This document shows positions 59,772 through 64,000 of a DNA stretch of 64,000 nt, piece by piece (the first letter of the stretch is position 1; the number at the start of each line of letters is the position of its first letter). Made by a program: the position numbers and the translations under genes. Origin of the DNA: Candidatus Onthoplasma sp. (GTDB lineage: Bacteria; Bacillota; Clostridia; Christensenellales; UBA1242); the NCBI GenBank assembly GCA_051883515.1, contig JBJETW010000008.1:9662-73661 (forward strand). The letters are read 5' to 3'. The notes under the pieces were generated by a model that was not told the origin of the DNA, searched no databases, and saw only the letters and a program-made list of their open reading frames with translations.

Positions 59772-60986
59772 TTAAAACTCACGAAAATCTTTAGCAAAAG
59801 TTATAATATTATCACCAAATTTTTCTTTTAGATTGTCAATTGCGATACATAGATTTTCATTTTTTGTGTTTGAGAATAAATTTTCTTGTTGGTTTTCATT
59901 TTTCATTATCAGATTTGATGTTGAAATTCTCAATGCGCGAACCGGTGGAAATTTATCTCCGGCAAGAGAAGAAAAGATTTCAAAAGCGAACTTAAAAATA
60001 TCTTGTTCATTGCAAAAATATATTGATTTCGTGCTTTGAGCGGAATTCCACGTCAAGTCAGAATATTTTATTCCAACATGTATTGTTTTTGCAGAAAATC
60101 CATGCGCTCTAAGTCTTCTTGAAACTTTTGCTGATAGGTCGTGAAGAAAATCAACAATTTCTTCCTTTGTTGTCATGTCGTGAATTGCAGTTGCGCCATT
60201 TCCAACACTCTTTGTGTCTTCATCTTTTGGAACAATGAGTTCATCGTCTTTTCCTAAAACGGCATCATGAAGATATTCTCCAACAACTCCGAATTTCTTT
60301 TTTAAAAACGCAACAGGTTGTTGATATAAATCAAAAAGACTATTTATGTTCATTTCGTGCAATTTTTTTGCCGTGTGTTTGCCAATCATAATCATATCTT
60401 CAACTTTCAATTTTTTTAAAATTTCAATATGATTTTGGTGGTCTATCGCTGTCAAACCGAAAGGTTTTTTCATGTCACTCCCAAGTTTCGCCAGAGTTTT
60501 GCCAAAACTTATTCCAATTGAAACAGACAAACCCAAATTATCAAATATATCTTGTTGAATTTTTTTTGCTAGTTCCAGTGGAGAAGAGTTGAACAAATTT
60601 AAACTTCCAGTCACATCAAGCCAACATTCATCAATTCCAAATGGTTCGATTATGTCAGTGTATTTATAGTAAATTTCATGCGCTTTTTTGCTGTATTCTT
60701 CATATAGTTCGTGATGCGGAGCAACGCAAATGAGAGATGGACATTTTTTCTTTGCTTCCCAAATTACTTCGCCAGTTTTGACACCAAAAACTTTTGCAAG
60801 ATAATTTTTTGCAAGAATAATGCCGGTTCGCTTGTTTGGGTCACCAGCAACTGCCACTGCGTAGTTTTTTAAACTTGGATTCAAAAGACATTCAACAGAA
60901 GCATAAAAATTATTCATGTCCACATGAAATATGACTTTTTCTTGATGCGTTTTGACTTCTGTTTCCCTTCCTTTCTTTATAATCAT
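59772..60986 (-). CDS. dinB: DNA polymerase IV
   Basis: HVDMNNFYASVE, GIDEC and KTLAKLGSD..KP motifs; start reassigned to ATG 60986. Confidence 0.93.
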   Translation of the reverse strand: MIIKKGRETEVKTHQEKVIFHVDMNNFYASVECLLNPSLKNYAVAVAGDPNKRTGIILAKNYLAKVFGVKTGEVIWEAKKKCPSLICVAPHHELYEEYSKKAHEIYYKYTDIIEPFGIDECWLDVTGSLNLFNSSPLELAKKIQQDIFDNLGLSVSIGISFGKTLAKLGSDMKKPFGLTAIDHQNHIEILKKLKVEDMIMIGKHTAKKLHEMNINSLFDLYQQPVAFLKKKFGVVGEYLHDAVLGKDDELIVPKDEDTKSVGNGATAIHDMTTKEEIVDFLHDLSAKVSRRLRAHGFSAKTIHVGIKYSDLTWNSAQSTKSIYFCNEQDIFKFAFEIFSSLAGDKFPPVRALRISTSNLIMKNENQQENLFSNTKNENLCIAIDNLKEKFGDNIITFAKDFREF

Positions 60987-60992
60987 AAAATA

Positions 60993-61021
60993 ATTATAGA
61001 ACAAATGTTCGATAAAGTCAA
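60993..61021 (-). promoter_or_regulatory. dinB sigmaA promoter with a LexA (SOS/Cheo) box in the spacer
   Basis: Minus strand TTGACT-N17-TATAAT; GAAC-N4-GTTC at 60999-61010. Confidence 0.88.
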
Positions 61022-61095
61022 CTGCTTTTTTGTATTTTAATATAAAACGGACTAATTAATTGACTTTGCGTTTCAAATTTTAATATAATAACAAA

Positions 61096-61680
61096 ATGAG
61101 AATAATAAACACAAAATTTATAAAAAGTGCAAGCAAAAAGGAAGAATTCATAGATGATGAATTGCCACAGGTTGCAATTGTTGGCAGGAGCAATGTTGGT
61201 AAGAGCAGTTTGATTAATATGCTGACAAACAACAGCAAAATGGCAAAAACAAGTTCCACACCAGGAAGAACGCGTTTGGTGAATTATTTTAATGTCAACA
61301 ATCAATTTTATTTGGTTGACTTGCCTGGATATGGTTTTGCAAAAGCGAGCAAAAACATAACCAATGCGTGGGATAAAGTTATGAATGATTATTTTTCAGA
61401 CAATGAGAAGTTGAAACTTGTTCTTGTTCTGATTGATTCGCGTTTGGGTGCAACCGAACAAGATAAGCACATGTTAAATTATCTCGCCGAGAATGAAATT
61501 AGTGCGGTGATTGTTTTAACAAAAACGGATAAAATCTCAAAAAGTAGTCAAAATATTATGATAGAAAAACTTTCAAATGATGTGAGATTTAACAAGGAAA
61601 TGATTATACCAACGAGCGCCAGCAAAAAGCATGGCGCGGAAAAAATAAGTAATTTGCTTGATTTATATTTGGGTAAATAA
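61096..61680 (+). CDS. engB: Ribosome biogenesis GTPase YsxC/EngB
   Basis: GRSNVGKSS, TPGRT, DLPGYG and TKTDK motifs. Confidence 0.95.
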   Translation: MRIINTKFIKSASKKEEFIDDELPQVAIVGRSNVGKSSLINMLTNNSKMAKTSSTPGRTRLVNYFNVNNQFYLVDLPGYGFAKASKNITNAWDKVMNDYFSDNEKLKLVLVLIDSRLGATEQDKHMLNYLAENEISAVIVLTKTDKISKSSQNIMIEKLSNDVRFNKEMIIPTSASKKHGAEKISNLLDLYLGK

Positions 61681-61720
61681 AAAAATGTAATAAAAAATAT
61701 AATAAATTAAAGGGGTTAAT

Positions 61721-62776
61721 ATGAAACAAACAAAAATAGTTCAAATAGGTTGTGGAAAGATGAGTCTTTTCACAATGAGATATGCACTTGAAAAAGGTGG
61801 AAAAATTTTGGCAGGATTTGACATAAATCCGGACATAATTGGACAAGACATTAGTGTTGTTTTAGGAGGCAAAAAACTTGGAGCAAAAATTTTTGATGTG
61901 CATCAACTTGAAGAAAAGTTAACAAAACTCAAACCAGACATTGCAATTGTGACAACAATGAGTTTGCTTTCAGATTGCAAAGATGTTTTGTTAATTTGTG
62001 CAAAATGCGGTGTAAATGCGATAACGACTTGTGAAGAAGCATTTTATCCAATCAACAGCAATCCAAATTTGACAAAAGAAATTGACAAACTTGCAAAAGA
62101 AAACAATTGCACAATAACAGGAAGCGGATATCAAGATTTCAGTTGGGGCAGTTTGATTGCAGGGCTTTTGTCAACAACGCAAAAAGTGACAAAAATCAAA
62201 GGCAGGTCAAGTTATAACGTTGAAGATTATGGAATTGCGCTTGCAAATGCACATGGAGCGGGTTTAACACTTAAAGATTTTGATGAAAAAATTGCCAGTG
62301 CGGATAATGTTAGCGATTCTGTTAGAAAAAAATTGATTGAAAAAGGAGAGTTTTTGCCATCATACATGTGGAATGTTAATGGTTGGCTATGTGACTTCCT
62401 TGGACTTACAATTAAATCGCAAACACAAAAATGTGTTCCTCAAATTGCAAAATCGAACATGTTTTCTTCAACTCTTGACATGACCATTAAAAAAGGTCGT
62501 GCAACAGGAATGAGTGCAGTTGTGACGACCACAACAAAAGAAGGAATAATCCTAGAAACCGAATGCATTGGAAAAGTGTATGCAAAAGACGAATTTGACC
62601 AAAATGAATGGACTATTGAAGGTGAACCAAACACAACAATAACAGTCAATCGCCCACAGACTGTTGAAATGACCTGTGCGTCGATAATAAATCGAATTCC
62701 AGATGTTATAAAAGCGCCAGCAGGATATATTCCAACAAGCAAAATGGGTGCAATGCAATTCAAAACAAAAATCTAA
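61721..62776 (+). CDS. NAD(P)-dependent amine dehydrogenase / 2,4-diaminopentanoate dehydrogenase-like protein (DapB_N-like Rossmann fold)
   Basis: QIGCGKM, GVNAITTCEEAFYP and LAKENNCTITGSG motifs. Confidence 0.7.
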   Translation: MKQTKIVQIGCGKMSLFTMRYALEKGGKILAGFDINPDIIGQDISVVLGGKKLGAKIFDVHQLEEKLTKLKPDIAIVTTMSLLSDCKDVLLICAKCGVNAITTCEEAFYPINSNPNLTKEIDKLAKENNCTITGSGYQDFSWGSLIAGLLSTTQKVTKIKGRSSYNVEDYGIALANAHGAGLTLKDFDEKIASADNVSDSVRKKLIEKGEFLPSYMWNVNGWLCDFLGLTIKSQTQKCVPQIAKSNMFSSTLDMTIKKGRATGMSAVVTTTTKEGIILETECIGKVYAKDEFDQNEWTIEGEPNTTITVNRPQTVEMTCASIINRIPDVIKAPAGYIPTSKMGAMQFKTKI

Positions 62777-62799
62777 AAGTCACCATGTGGTGATTTTTT
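62777..62799 (+). terminator. Intrinsic terminator
   Basis: GTCACC-atgt-GGTGAT followed by a T run. Confidence 0.7.
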
Positions 62800-62821
62800 A
62801 ATTATCCATATATATACAAAA

Positions 62822-63146
62822 AAAATTCCCACGTTGATTAGATGTGGGAATGAAGAAAAGGCCAAGAGTGAGATAAGAGACCAAAACAAAGGGAAAGTAA
62901 GAAAGGGAAAAGGGAGTTTTCCCGTTCTTAGAAGGGAAGGGACTGGCCAAAAAACAAAATTCCCACGTTGATTAGACGCGGGAATGAAGAAAAGGCCGAG
63001 AGTGAGATAGAACTACCAAAACAAAGGGAAAGGAAGAAAGGGAAAAGGGAGTTTTCCCGTTCTTAGAAGGGAAGGGACTGGCCAAAAAACAAAATTCCCA
63101 CGTTGATTAGACGTGGGAATGAAGAAAAGGCCAAGTCCCTTCCCTT
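62822..63146. repeat. Tandem repeat of a 134/135-bp structured unit (about 2.3 copies)
   Basis: TTCCCACGTTGATTAGA starts at 62826, 62960 and 63095; the intervening segments are nearly identical. Confidence 0.95.
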
Positions 63147-63810
63147 ATCTTGCATTCGTCGACTGTGGACTTACAGCAGTTGGGAACAATGGAAGGTCAA
63201 ATACTCCTGGGCAAATATCGTCAGCGGTGAATGGAGTGCATGGTGGAATTGGGCAATAGCCATAACTTGGAACAAGCACATCAACCACAGCAACAACTTT
63301 CAAAATTCCTGTCACGCATGCTTCGATAATAAATCCGCCAGTTTCTGCATTATAAGTTCCACTTGCTATAACTGCAGAACCGAAAGCAATTACATCAATT
63401 GGAGTTAAACTAGGTTGAGGAACATATAAAACGACATCTTGTTGTAAGCTTATTGTTCCTGAAGCAGTTCCTGCAACATTGTTTGCATCTGTATATGTAA
63501 CTGTGACTGGGATATTCACGGTTGCTTGAACGCGCGCAAAATTAGGTCTGTCATCAAATCGTGTTATTACGAGATTTGACACAGTCGTTTGACCTGCAAC
63601 AGATGAACCACTGACAAAAGTTAAAGGTGCAGTTGGGTTTGCAGGATTAAAATCTGTAAGTGTCAAAGAATAATTTTCAATGTGAGATTGAAACATGCAT
63701 GCATCAAATACTTTTGTTGTTTGAATGCAGATTCTTTCACAAAGTCCATTCATGACATTGTTTGTTTGACCTGGGAAAATACCTGGTCGTGAGTCTGTGT
63801 AAAAAGACAT
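63145..63810 (-). CDS. Cys/Pro-containing hypothetical protein, likely spore coat or exosporium
   Basis: CERICIQTTKVFDAC and C-terminal YCPIPPCTPF..DICP; ATG 63810 after AGGAGG. Confidence 0.6.
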   Translation of the reverse strand: MSFYTDSRPGIFPGQTNNVMNGLCERICIQTTKVFDACMFQSHIENYSLTLTDFNPANPTAPLTFVSGSSVAGQTTVSNLVITRFDDRPNFARVQATVNIPVTVTYTDANNVAGTASGTISLQQDVVLYVPQPSLTPIDVIAFGSAVIASGTYNAETGGFIIEACVTGILKVVAVVDVLVPSYGYCPIPPCTPFTADDICPGVFDLPLFPTAVSPQSTNAR

Positions 63811-63980
63811 TACTAACCTCCTAAAATGATACAATATATCTTATTCAACAGTTAATAAAATTGTTAAAACAATATAAGCAATTGACTATTTTAATAAGAT
63901 TTGTTAGAATATTAAATATAAAATAACCAATTTAATAAAAAACAGCGAGCACAAGAAAATTTATTTAATTAGGAGTAAAA

Positions 63981-64000
63981 ATGAAAATTTATTCAATTAG
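63981..64000 (+). CDS. Start of a CDS truncated by the window end (MKIYSI...)
   Basis: RBS AGGAG followed by ATG; too short to assign a function. Confidence 0.45.

Noticed and set aside
62822-63146. CRISPR array
   Set aside because: The segments between the palindromic repeats are about 90 bp and nearly identical to each other, there are only three repeat copies, and no cas genes are present.
62822-63146. Type III toxin-antitoxin RNA array or peptide-coding repeat
   Set aside because: No adjacent toxin-like ORF; the frames give only MKKRPRVR* or short stop-interrupted peptides without an RBS.
63103-63408. 101-aa plus-strand ORF starting in the repeat
   Set aside because: Antisense to the spore-coat-like gene; no RBS or recognisable domain.

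Overview
Chromosomal window from a low-GC, spore-forming Clostridia-type (Bacillota) bacterium, standard code 11, with a streamlined housekeeping gene order. From left to right it holds: a cell-surface polysaccharide cassette (GT2, GT2, pyruvyl transferase, Wzx); the holB-ricT-yabB-X-rsmI operon; greA; murB-PHP-whiA-dnaE; uvrC; ctsR-mcsA-mcsB-clpC; sporulation-type genes; nth-obgE-yhbY; pdp-tsaE-tsaB/rimI; a murF-hydrolase/ddl triad; parE-parC; ylmC-nrdR; an ABC-F gene; yqfC-yqfD-ybeY/era-yqzL-recO-ppdK; dnaG-X-rpoD-Zn-ribbon; dinB; engB; an amine-dehydrogenase-like gene; and a spore-coat-like gene. I saw no rRNA, tRNA, CRISPR array, transposase, integrase or prophage. The most unusual signals are: (1) a truncated sigma-70 paralog (regions 1.2-2.4 only) coupled between dnaG and rpoD; (2) a catalytically dead McsB next to a ClpC with one eroded pArg pocket; (3) two precise classes of apparently leaderless promoters, sigmaA-type with the -10 hexamer 6 nt before the start codon and sigmaE/K-type with CATA exactly 13 nt before ATG; (4) YbeY-Era and TsaB-RimI fusions; (5) a GC-rich structured insert flanked by a 54-bp duplication of the ppdK 3' end; and (6) a 134/135-bp structured tandem repeat. 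All family assignments come from recognised motifs, not database searches.
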